Assembly (NCBI GenBank): GCA_963691875.1
Contig: OY829846.1
Coordinates: forward strand, 1,920,001 to 1,984,000
Source: Aureliella sp.
GTDB lineage: Bacteria > Planctomycetota > Planctomycetia > Pirellulales > Pirellulaceae
Length of the DNA: 64,000 bases
Direction of reading: 5' to 3'
Position 1 is the stretch's first letter. Every line of letters begins with the position of its first letter. Under the pieces are notes generated by a model. The model did no database searches and had not been told where the DNA came from. It saw only the letters and a program-made list of their open reading frames with translations. Positions 1 to 9,165 of the stretch are shown here, in pieces. Position numbers and translations under genes: made by a program.

Positions 1-486
1 TGGAAAATCAGCTGCTGAAGGTTGCTGTAGTTCGGACAATTCGACTTCGGCTGTACGGGACTCAGCCTTGCGACTGACGAAGTAGTCTTTCACTCGTTCC
101 TCAGCACTCGGTGTCCAAGACCAGGCGAGTTTCGGCACCATGTTTCCATAGAAGCTCTCGACCCGGACTAGCTTCGCGCCTATGCAAAAAATAACCAAGC
201 TGCCTAAGCTGACCATCAAAACTGTTTGAATGCGGGAGCGGAAGTAAGCGATCGTCACAGTCGCTAATACCGCCAGTACTCCAATCAGAGCGAGCCAAGG
301 TCTCAGGCCATCTAGTCCAAGATAAAACGCCTGAGTGTCGATGCTTCGCATAATGTTGACTACCGTCACAATCAGTGACAGAGCAAATCCAAGTCCCACT
401 GGCAACGCAAACAAAACCCAAGGAGAACACTTCTCGATCTCAGGCAATGAATTGGCTTCAGGTCTTGTTGTTTGATCAGCTGACAT
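1..486 (-). CDS. Partial membrane-anchored protein, probably a planctomycete PQQ/BamB-like beta-propeller protein; runs off the left edge
   Basis: Not in the ORF track. Manual translation from ATG 486 is open to base 1: MSADQTTRPE..., three hydrophobic segments, then ...FYGNMVPKLAWSWTPSAEE...AADFP, the usual lead-in to 'D(F/W)PxFxG' propellers. Confidence 0.7.
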   Translation of the reverse strand, partial: MSADQTTRPEANSLPEIEKCSPWVLFALPVGLGFALSLIVTVVNIMRSIDTQAFYLGLDGLRPWLALIGVLAVLATVTIAYFRSRIQTVLMVSLGSLVIFCIGAKLVRVESFYGNMVPKLAWSWTPSAEERVKDYFVSRKAESRTAEVELSELQQPSAADFP

Positions 487-876
487 ATATGCAGGCGCTG
501 GCGGTTTTTTGGGTTACCGTTTGAGAGCCTAGTCGGCAGTGGCTCCTGAAGTAAGTTTAGGATGCCAATGTGTCAGTCGTGAGTTAAGACGCGAAGCGAC
601 TACTGCAGCAAGCCTGAAGCAAGCTTAAAAGTGGCGGATCGATCCATTTATTCCAATTGCATCGTGAGCCAGACACAAGTCACCGACGTCGTTGCATTGC
701 AGGGTCGAGATCGGGTTATAGGGATTGTTCCACCCGACTCTATGCGCCCTTCCGCAATTATGCTGAAAAAGCCCCTTTCAGTGGCAAGTACTTTTGCGGC
801 ACCCTACGTTTAAATAGACAGAGTTCCATCGCACGGACCGAGTCTTTTGTTTGAAGGTGCCCCGGAGAGAATCAAA

Positions 877-1050
877 ATGAGTAGAGCAATTCGCCGTTTC
901 ATTGAGGACGAATCAGGACCAACAGCTGTAGAATATGCTGTCATGCTTGCCTTGATCGTTGGCGTTTGCATCGGCTCGGTCACTCTTCTTTCCTATGGCA
1001 CTCGTGACAGCTTCGACAGCTCAGCCAACGCCATCTCAGCGGCACTGTAA
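877..1050 (+). CDS. flp: Flp/Fap type IVb pilin
   Basis: MSRAIRRFIEDESGPTAVEYAVMLALIVGVCI: Flp cleavage motif G/xxxxEY followed by a hydrophobic helix; GGAGAG upstream. Confidence 0.92.
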   Translation: MSRAIRRFIEDESGPTAVEYAVMLALIVGVCIGSVTLLSYGTRDSFDSSANAISAAL

Positions 1051-1118
1051 TTTCGATCCGCAGCCTAACGCGACAGGTAGCTTAGCGGCGAAAACGAGCA
1101 GAACACTCGAAAACAACT

Positions 1119-1155
1119 AAAAAAGGCACTCCGATTTGGAGTGCCTTGTTCTTTT
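1119..1155. terminator. Bidirectional intrinsic terminator
   Basis: AAGGCACTCC-GATTT-GGAGTGCCTT 10-bp stem, A-run on the left and T-rich tail on the right, between convergent genes. Confidence 0.85.
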
Positions 1156-1180
1156 AGCGTTTGCAGTTGGATTTAGCCGA

Positions 1181-4100
1181 CTAACTGTTCCAGTTCTCGT
1201 TGACTGATGGAGCGAGTTCGTCCAACAAGAGATCTAGATCATCGTCTTCGCTATCATCAGCGAGAACATCCGTCAGTGGAGAAGGGCCGTAGACAGTCGA
1301 GGTGTTTCGAGCGCTGATACGCCCGTCCTCGTCTTTCTCAATCAAGACTTCAACGACGTCGCGATCTACAGTGTCACCTGTGATCGGAGCACTCAGGGCC
1401 GACAAGTCGATGAAAGCTGCTTCACCTTCACCGCTGGCTCGGTTTCCTGCCTGCCTATTCAACTCATTGATCACCATCAATGGATCAATCGGGGTAGCCT
1501 CAGTATCTCCACTCACATCATAGGCGAATTGAGGACGGCCCATGTCTTCGCCGGCAGCCAGGTCATTTAGCCAACGAATTCCCAATAGGACATCAAGGGC
1601 GGTGACGAAACCATCCAAATTCACATCGAAGCGATTGAATGGATTCTGCCAGTGTTCGCCTTCTCCGCCGCCACCACCTGGTGCAACGATTGCAACAGTG
1701 TCGAATCCGTAGCCAATTCGGTCAAACGGCACAGCTGTCGGTGGTTCAAAGGTCAAAGTATCGTGCAGAGGAGTGATATCAGCTGGATCCGCAATGAACT
1801 CAGCAGTACCAATGTTGTTCGCCGTCATCGTGATCACAAAGAGCAACTGTTCACCAAGTCCAAGAGGCTGATTGCCATTCTCGATTTGGACAGCTCCGAT
1901 TTCGTTGATGACGCCATCAGTACGGATATCACCTTCACGGACTCGCTGGTAGTTTGGTCCAAACTGAACTTCAAACCCTAGATCAGGATCATTGGTCTGG
2001 CTTGCTACCGGACTAACCAAGCCTCTGTTGTAGAGGACATCTTCGTAGGCTGCGAAAACACCGCGATCAAGCCCGAAGCCTCGCAAGTCTTCAACAAAAC
2101 CACGAACCTGGAACTGACTTCCTAGTTCCACTTGATCGATGGGTTGACCATTAACGTCCGTAACTGCAATTCGTAGTGCGACAATATCGTCGGCTGCCGC
2201 GTCGCCTACATCAACTGTAACCGTCGCTGACGCCCTTCGTTGCGCCGCATCTACAATCGTGTAAACGAATTGATCCGTACCTTCAAAACCGGCGGTTGGA
2301 GTGTAGAGAATTCTATCGCCGTCAACACGCGTCGTGCCGAAGGAACCGTTGGTGACACTGTCAATTGAGATAGTGCCAGTGGAACCGGGCAAATCATTGT
2401 CCAGTACGTTGATCGGGAATGACGCCGAATTCAACGGAACGTTGCCAATTGGCGAATCGTCAACGGCTACTGGGAATTCGACCCCGTCTCCAACGATTTC
2501 CAGCGACGCTCCGACATAGCGAATTCGCTCGATCGGTACAGCACTGCCAGGTGTATCAAACAACAGCGTATCAGAGTTGGGGAAGTTGTCTGCTGGATTT
2601 GGAATAAAGTCGGCGATACCAGGAGATTGAGCTGTAAAGTTCACCGTAGCAAAGAGCAAAGGATCACTCTCTGACATGGTTGGCCGGCTACTGAATGCTC
2701 CAAACTCGTTGATGATTCCAGGAATAGTCGCATCACCCGTCTGTCCATTCACATAGTCATTGAAGAATGATGTCTGGAAGTTGAATGCAGCGTTTGGATC
2801 CGTATTTGGCACGGTCCCCACTAGCTGCAAGCTGTAAAGCAAGTCGGTGTATACCGCAAATACGCCAGCAGCGACACCAGGACTTGCAGCCGAGAACCGC
2901 AAGTCATCAACATACATTTGTATCTGGAATTCTTCACCCTGCTGAATGGCAGAAATCGGGTTGCCCGATAGGTCGACAGTACGCAACTCAATCAAAACCT
3001 GATCATTTGCGTCTGCGTCAGGCTTCACCGTCAAGTTGATAGTTGCGGATGCTGTATTTCCGGCTGGATCTGCAACCGTGTAGACGGCAGACTCCATGTC
3101 GCCAGAACCATTCTGCGGTGTATAGCTAAGGGACTTCCCGCCACTAGCAATGGTCAGTTGCCCACCCTTGTCCGGTTGAGTCACAGAAACAATGGTTAAA
3201 GCACCAGCGACGCCTTCAATATCATTGGCCAAGACGTTCAAAGGCACGTTAATCGCATTACGCGTAACGTTGAAACTATCATCGACAGCAACTGGTTCAT
3301 CAAGTTGAAGCTTCACGGTGATAATGACATTGCCCTGAGATGTTTGTCCTCGCGAATTCGCTACTGTGTAGGTAAAACTATCCTGACCGACAAACCCGCT
3401 CGGAGGTGTATAGAGAATCGTTTGGCCGTCGGCCGAAATCTGCAACACGCCACCTGCAGCGGAAACACCTGGGTCAAGTATTTCAAGCTGTTCGCCTGGA
3501 AGCTCGAAGTCGTTCGTCAGTACATCCAGCACATTGAGCGTGGAATTCCTGGCAACCTCGAATTGGTCGTCAACAGCCAAGTCAGATGAGTCAGTCACGC
3601 TGAAGACGTGATCTTCTACTTCACCTGCAGCCAATAGTCCGGTCGGAGCAACGCCAGTCTCGTTTGATAGACGGAATCGAGCAATGGTATCGCCGAGTTG
3701 TGCGTTGCCAGGCGCGGTGAAGGTGACATTTGTTGTACCTGTCGTTACCGGGACGTTCGAGATTGCTCGCTCAAAGTCCTCAAACACACCGTTGTGATTG
3801 AAGTCAAACCAACCAGTGACAAATGCAGTCTCGCCTGTGCTGTTCACAGCTGTGATTGCAACGCTGTTGCTGGTACTACCAGCAACCAATGGGCTCGTCA
3901 GCAAAACGCCGTCTTCGTCATCAATGACAGCGCCGGTACCATCGAGAGGGCCAGTGGCATCATCGCCCAAAGCGTTGTCAGAGAAGGCCGAACCTTGCTC
4001 GCTGTCCCACTCAGCACCCAAAATCAACCCGCTTACGAATCCGTGCGATGCTTCACCATAGCTAACTGGTGCATCGCCGTAGTCAACGGTCAAAAGGTTA

Positions 4101-6181
4101 CCAAAATCCAAGCCAGTCGTGCGAGTAGCATCTAATGCAGGATCACCGGTCAGCACGATCGTGTGCTCATCGTCAGCTGCTGGTCCAGGGTAGGTCTGAA
4201 CGAAGCCAGTCTGTAAGACTTCACGAATGGTGTAGGTGCCTGCACCTGGGAAATGCAGGGTGTATGTTCCATCTGCCGCTGTTTGAGTAGCTGGCTCCCC
4301 AAGATCAATTCGGTTGTCGCCATCCTGGTCTATGTAAATCCAAACACCTTCGATTGGTGGCTCATAGATATCGCGAACGCCGTTTCCATTCACGTCATTC
4401 CACTTGCGGCCAGTGACCTGTGAGTTTGCAGTCGCGTTGCCAAAGTTGACACCACCTGACGTCTGATTGGCGGTGGCCGTCACGGTGACCGACTCGGCCG
4501 TAGTCAATCGATAGCTCGCTGGAACGATCTCGCGAATGGTATAGGTACCTGGAGCTACGACAAGCTGGTAGGATCCATCGGAAGCACTTACGGTCGAAAT
4601 TTCACCAGCATCCAAACCGCCATTGTTATTCAAGTCAGCATATACCGTGACGTTGCCTAAGCCGCGATCAACGGAATCGAGCAAACCATTCGCGTTGACG
4701 TCATCAAATACTTGCCCCGAAATCACACCTCCGTTGGCCTGACCATTTGACAAGGCCCAACCGATCCAGTTAACCGTGTCATTCACGCCGCCCTGGACGA
4801 ACGCCCCTTCGGCCGTGAACTCATCCACGTTGAAGAGAAGCGGCACGTCATCCACGTTTCCAAAGATGCCGTCAGGCCCCGCCCCAGACGAAACGATCGG
4901 ATCGTAAAATTGATCCATGAGCCCAACCGGTGCGAACGCATTGTTGGTCGGATCTTGGTGGCGGCCGCCAAAGAAGTGTCCCGACTCATGGGCAATAACC
5001 ATCGACATGAGTTCGGCTACGACGTCCACCGGCCGAGCAAATGGATCGATGGGGATAGACGCGAAACTTGCTTGAAGCACGTCGTGGAACACAAGAGCCG
5101 TTTCCTCAGGGGCAAAGTTTCCGGCATCCACCGACTCCGCTATACCAAGAACTCCCTCAAAACTGTCATCCTGGAAGAACTCCAGCGCATTGCCCCCAAT
5201 GACGACACGAGACACATTTGGCAGCCCCCATGGATCCGGATGATCCTTTGAGTTGCGGATCTCGATTCCGTAGTTTGGATTGGTAGTCTTTGTTCCAAGG
5301 TCATCGTATTTGGCTTGAAGACGGGTAACGACCTCATCAATGAACCGCTCGTAGTCAGCATCCTGAATCCCGTATCCAGCAAGAGCATTCCGGGTTGATG
5401 GAATGCGTCCAGTCCCGGGGATTGGTATGAATAGGGATCTCGGGATGAATGCGCCATCAAAATCCAAAAATAGAATTTGCTGGTTCCCTGCGTCTTGCGT
5501 CTCGAGGGCCGCGCGGTATTTGCGTAGTTCCAAGCTGTAGGGGCCGCCCGCATCGCTGACTCGGATGTAGTAACGTCCGCTCTCTGGCACGATGTAATGG
5601 AGAACAAGGTCATCAGGCCCAAGAAGGTCAGCGGCATTCCCGCGCAGAGGAGAGCCCTGTGGCGAAGCAGGTGGACCAACCAACCCTGGGGACGCAATCA
5701 ACTCTTTACCGCTCAAATTGTGCATCGACATGATCGGAACGGTAGCGGACGTCGTTGGTACGAACCGTGAATCAAGAATATCACCGGCTTGTAAATCAAA
5801 CGCAAACCAATCAGCGTCGAAAGCACCGACGGTGTTGCTACCGGCAATGTTGACACCGAAGTTATCAGCCAGAGGAACTACTTGGGCGATGTTTATCGAG
5901 TTATTTGGCTCAACCTCAGCAATATTGACCAGATCATTCGAACCGCCTTCACCACCGTTGCTAGTGCCATGATCTCCGTACTTCGAGACAATCGCGGCGA
6001 TAGACTGGTTTGCCACCTCTTCGTTGGAGAAAAGAACTTGCTCTCGCAAGATTCCTTCCAAATCCGACGCGAGCATTTCTCGCTTTTCTAAAGTCTCAAC
6101 ACTGCGAATTCTCTGCTTCAGAGTTTTCATTGTGAGATCATTGCGGGAGTTAGACCGTCGAACAGACTTGCGTGACTTCAC
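1181..6181 (-). CDS. Giant extracellular protein: planctomycete leader, PPC-like domain, metzincin-like HExxH region, two SdrD B-like domains, GEVED, Ig/cadherin-like repeats, duplicated cohesin-like domains, C-terminal dockerin-like module
   Basis: VETLEKREMLA leader; AEVEPNNSI; HESGHFFGGRH; ISGQVFDDVNANG and VTGRKWNDVNGNG; DYGDAP...GEVEDH; AVDD...VLxND repeats; QNPFNRFDVNLDGFVTALD. Confidence 0.88.
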   Translation of the reverse strand: MKSRKSVRRSNSRNDLTMKTLKQRIRSVETLEKREMLASDLEGILREQVLFSNEEVANQSIAAIVSKYGDHGTSNGGEGGSNDLVNIAEVEPNNSINIAQVVPLADNFGVNIAGSNTVGAFDADWFAFDLQAGDILDSRFVPTTSATVPIMSMHNLSGKELIASPGLVGPPASPQGSPLRGNAADLLGPDDLVLHYIVPESGRYYIRVSDAGGPYSLELRKYRAALETQDAGNQQILFLDFDGAFIPRSLFIPIPGTGRIPSTRNALAGYGIQDADYERFIDEVVTRLQAKYDDLGTKTTNPNYGIEIRNSKDHPDPWGLPNVSRVVIGGNALEFFQDDSFEGVLGIAESVDAGNFAPEETALVFHDVLQASFASIPIDPFARPVDVVAELMSMVIAHESGHFFGGRHQDPTNNAFAPVGLMDQFYDPIVSSGAGPDGIFGNVDDVPLLFNVDEFTAEGAFVQGGVNDTVNWIGWALSNGQANGGVISGQVFDDVNANGLLDSVDRGLGNVTVYADLNNNGGLDAGEISTVSASDGSYQLVVAPGTYTIREIVPASYRLTTAESVTVTATANQTSGGVNFGNATANSQVTGRKWNDVNGNGVRDIYEPPIEGVWIYIDQDGDNRIDLGEPATQTAADGTYTLHFPGAGTYTIREVLQTGFVQTYPGPAADDEHTIVLTGDPALDATRTTGLDFGNLLTVDYGDAPVSYGEASHGFVSGLILGAEWDSEQGSAFSDNALGDDATGPLDGTGAVIDDEDGVLLTSPLVAGSTSNSVAITAVNSTGETAFVTGWFDFNHNGVFEDFERAISNVPVTTGTTNVTFTAPGNAQLGDTIARFRLSNETGVAPTGLLAAGEVEDHVFSVTDSSDLAVDDQFEVARNSTLNVLDVLTNDFELPGEQLEILDPGVSAAGGVLQISADGQTILYTPPSGFVGQDSFTYTVANSRGQTSQGNVIITVKLQLDEPVAVDDSFNVTRNAINVPLNVLANDIEGVAGALTIVSVTQPDKGGQLTIASGGKSLSYTPQNGSGDMESAVYTVADPAGNTASATINLTVKPDADANDQVLIELRTVDLSGNPISAIQQGEEFQIQMYVDDLRFSAASPGVAAGVFAVYTDLLYSLQLVGTVPNTDPNAAFNFQTSFFNDYVNGQTGDATIPGIINEFGAFSSRPTMSESDPLLFATVNFTAQSPGIADFIPNPADNFPNSDTLLFDTPGSAVPIERIRYVGASLEIVGDGVEFPVAVDDSPIGNVPLNSASFPINVLDNDLPGSTGTISIDSVTNGSFGTTRVDGDRILYTPTAGFEGTDQFVYTIVDAAQRRASATVTVDVGDAAADDIVALRIAVTDVNGQPIDQVELGSQFQVRGFVEDLRGFGLDRGVFAAYEDVLYNRGLVSPVASQTNDPDLGFEVQFGPNYQRVREGDIRTDGVINEIGAVQIENGNQPLGLGEQLLFVITMTANNIGTAEFIADPADITPLHDTLTFEPPTAVPFDRIGYGFDTVAIVAPGGGGGEGEHWQNPFNRFDVNLDGFVTALDVLLGIRWLNDLAAGEDMGRPQFAYDVSGDTEATPIDPLMVINELNRQAGNRASGEGEAAFIDLSALSAPITGDTVDRDVVEVLIEKDEDGRISARNTSTVYGPSPLTDVLADDSEDDDLDLLLDELAPSVNENWNS

Positions 6182-7467
6182 TTTGGTACGTCCTCAATCG
6201 AGCAATTGCCGAGACTTAAGTTCGGTTGGATTGTTCTAGCTGCGGGGAATTCGGAGATTACCTAAGACTGGTAAAATAAGTACTTTCGCACGATTAACCC
6301 GCGCAAACATCGAAAAGCATCGCCATGATAAGATGCGAAATTTAGGTAAAAAGCAGTCTCGATTCTAATTCCGCTCTTCACCGTGTCAACGAACCGCAAT
6401 GGACCTCTGATGACTGTTACCTTACTCAAGTTCCTGATAGGTCCCATTTTTTAGGATTGCAACGATCCGCAAGGAAATCCGGGCAATATAGAAAGGCTAG
6501 CGAAATACAACTAACGCCCTTGAGCCACCACGGACGGCGCGAAAACCAATATTTCCAGAGCTCCTAAGGCCCAATTGGCCCTACCCGCGAAAAATACGCA
6601 AGACAAAAAAGGTTACCACATCAATTTTCTCTAGTCCCCCAAACGCCGAAAAATCAGAATCGCCAACCCCATCCTCAAGGCAATTCGAAAGCCCGAGGTG
6701 GGATTCGCCAGAATTCCCTGCTGCTGAGCATCCCCGAGCGGAGCCGACTGGATGCCACTGTGCTCATGATGGTAGTGAGATATTCCCAGCATTCGAGGAA
6801 TGCTTCGGAAAACATGCCAAGCTAATTCAATAATAAGTTCCCGATCGGAGCCACCGCTCGATGCCGAGAGAACGCGGCCAGAACGGCAAGCCTGGCATCA
6901 GAGAGTTCTGCCTCAGCTCACTACGGGTCTGACTAAGGGCAATAGAGAACAAAACCGGCCGAACAATTCGACATCAATCACACAACAATCACAATCCGAC
7001 ACCACCAAGAAAACCAACAAAAAGGCGACCACACAAGAAACACGGCACCACCAAGCAGTAAAGCCGCCTGCTCAGGCCCCTCAAAGAAGGTCATTTCCAC
7101 ATCGCGAGTCAAAAAAACCCACCCAAAACCACCAATATCGCCACCAATATCGCCAGCAGCATCGCAGCCAGCCGTCGCCACCAGCCCAAGCTTGAGCCCA
7201 AACCAGCGATCCTAGGAATTTCAACAAAAAAACGAAGTGGACACTTAGTTTTCTATAAAACTTGCCGTGCTCATTAAGTAGGCACCCCGCAGTGCCCAGC
7301 CTCTAGGCATCGGCTGCCCGCTTTTCGCCACAGCGGGGTCAATAGGCATAAGTCCTTATTTTGCTAGCAGTTACGGCGAGGCGTTTGCCTTGCAGTAAGG
7401 ATTGCTGCAGATCGCATTCGAGACGACGGAGGTCTCGACGATTCGATTGCAAACCAAAGAGGAAGTT

Positions 7468-8205
7468 ATGAGCTCAGATCCCACGAACCAGTTTGGGGCA
7501 AACCAATTCGGATCCCCAGGTAGTTACCCTCCCCCCAAGCCACCTGGATTCCAAAGCCGACCAGCTGCTCCCGCGCCGGCAGCCCCGAGCCCAGCCCCCG
7601 CGCCTGCGGAACCAACCTTCGGAACCACTACTGCCACTGCTCCCCCAGTTACTACAGCGCCCCTGGAGGAAGGCACCAAAGAAAAGACGCCAGAAGTGAA
7701 CTCCAAGTTGGCTGCCGACCTGAAGCAGTTTGATGAAGTCGCTGCACGTGTTCGAGCCACATGCGTCCCATCAACGGACTTTTCTCAACGCTGCCAGCAA
7801 GCCTTCGACGTCGCTAACGAGCTATTTGGAAACGCGCCGACGTGGGTCTGCTTCTACCGAGAACTACTCGGCGGCTCTGGACTCGTTCACACCATTTTCA
7901 ATAACAACACAGATCTTGGCGCCTTCCTAAGGACCGAACAGTACCATCAGATTCAACTGATGCTGACCGCGCTTCGTAGCCGCGAGATGCCTGAAAACGA
8001 TCCCAATGACCCGCAACGGATGATCACCGTTCGTCTACCCAAAAGCCTTCACGAGGCAATGTGCGAAGAAGCTGGAAGATTGAACATCAGCGTCAACCGC
8101 CTGTGCATCAGCCGGATGCTTCAGCTACTGGACCCGAAGATGATCCCGGAGACGACGTCGAAGCCCAGAGGACGCAAACCTCGAACTCGCCAGAAAACAT
8201 CCTAG
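7468..8205 (+). CDS. Hypothetical protein with Pro/Ala-rich N-terminus and C-terminal ribbon-helix-helix (HicB-like) DNA-binding motif
   Basis: RMITVRLPKSLHEAMCEEAGRLNISVNRLC fits the RHH pattern; AGAGGA RBS before ATG 7468. Confidence 0.75.
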   Translation: MSSDPTNQFGANQFGSPGSYPPPKPPGFQSRPAAPAPAAPSPAPAPAEPTFGTTTATAPPVTTAPLEEGTKEKTPEVNSKLAADLKQFDEVAARVRATCVPSTDFSQRCQQAFDVANELFGNAPTWVCFYRELLGGSGLVHTIFNNNTDLGAFLRTEQYHQIQLMLTALRSREMPENDPNDPQRMITVRLPKSLHEAMCEEAGRLNISVNRLCISRMLQLLDPKMIPETTSKPRGRKPRTRQKTS

Positions 8206-8241
8206 CTTACCAACCTTGCATCTTTGGTTTGATGTTGAAAT

Positions 8242-8277
8242 GAGCAGGCTGAGCAATGCCCGGCCTGCTCTTTCTTT
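8242..8277 (+). terminator. Intrinsic terminator after the RHH gene
   Basis: GAGCAGGCTGAGCA-A-TGCCCGGCCTGCTC stem followed by TTTCTTT. Confidence 0.7.
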
Positions 8278-8339
8278 CGTGGACCAATACTGTTTTTGCT
8301 GACATTGCCCTCTGGCTCACACTTAGCTATGTAAGCAAC

Positions 8340-9152
8340 ATGGATTTTGTTGTCGACTTAGCACAGTTCAGTGGACCTCTCGATCTGCTGCTCCACATCG
8401 TCCGCCGAGAAGAACTCGAGCTGGCGAAACTGCCTCTCGCGCGAATCACCGAACAGTACCTAGACTTCCTAGAGGTCCTAGTCGAACTGCAGATCGATGA
8501 TGTCGCTGACTTTCTAGAAGTGGCAAGTTTGCTGGTCGAGATGAAATCCAAGCAAGCAATCCCGCGAAGCGAGGAAGAGGCTCAGGCAGACGAGGCCGAG
8601 GCGCTGAACGAAATGAGCGACGAACTTGTGTTCCGGCTCATGGAATACAAACGCATTCGGGACGCCGCGTCAATTCTTCAAGAGCGCGGCGAGACTTGGC
8701 AGCTTCGGTATTCACGACTTGCGAATGAACTTCCTGTTCGCCGAACTGGAATCGGCGAACAACCCATCCAGCCTATAGAAATCTGGGACTTGGTCAGTGC
8801 TTTTGGCCGCATTCTGCGCGAGCGCCAGCCACCTGCCCCGACCGTCGTTTATGACGACACCCCAATTCACACCTACATGGAACGAATTCACGGCCAGGTC
8901 TGCTCGGAAGGACGCGTCGAACTGACCAGCTTATTCCAACCTGGCATGCACAAGAGCTCCTTGGTCGCGATGTTCCTCGCGACACTCGAGCTGACTCGCC
9001 ACCACGGATTGAGGACCGATCAGACCGATGCCGGCCATCCTCTCTATTTGCTTGCCGGCGAAGAGTTTAAACAAGAACTCGATGTAGCAAAGTTGGAAAA
9101 CCTGTCCTTTGAGCAAATGGCGAACTCCAATATGCCAGTTGCCGGCAGGTAG
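8340..9152 (+). CDS. scpA: Segregation and condensation protein A (kleisin)
   Basis: MDFVVDLAQFSGPLDLLLHIV...ITEQYL...FLEVASLLVEMKSK and C-terminal MFLATLEL; the upstream terminator supports the start at 8340. Confidence 0.9.
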   Translation: MDFVVDLAQFSGPLDLLLHIVRREELELAKLPLARITEQYLDFLEVLVELQIDDVADFLEVASLLVEMKSKQAIPRSEEEAQADEAEALNEMSDELVFRLMEYKRIRDAASILQERGETWQLRYSRLANELPVRRTGIGEQPIQPIEIWDLVSAFGRILRERQPPAPTVVYDDTPIHTYMERIHGQVCSEGRVELTSLFQPGMHKSSLVAMFLATLELTRHHGLRTDQTDAGHPLYLLAGEEFKQELDVAKLENLSFEQMANSNMPVAGR

Positions 9153-9165
9153 CTCGAGCGCAGAG

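Noticed and set aside
101..430. 109-aa minus-strand ORF in the track
   Set aside because: Shadow frame; the overlapping frame 486 to 1 gives a coherent membrane protein
782..797. TGGCAAGTACTTTTGC as a sigma-54 promoter for flp
   Set aside because: GG-to-GC spacing is one base too long for the strict -24/-12 geometry
6670..6712. c-di-GMP-I riboswitch resemblance (GGCAA..GAAA..GGGA)
   Set aside because: Lacks the GCAAA/GC junction and the second stem of the consensus
6800..7195. 131-aa plus ORF and 67-aa minus ORF
   Set aside because: Composition is explained by the A/C skew; no motif or clear RBS
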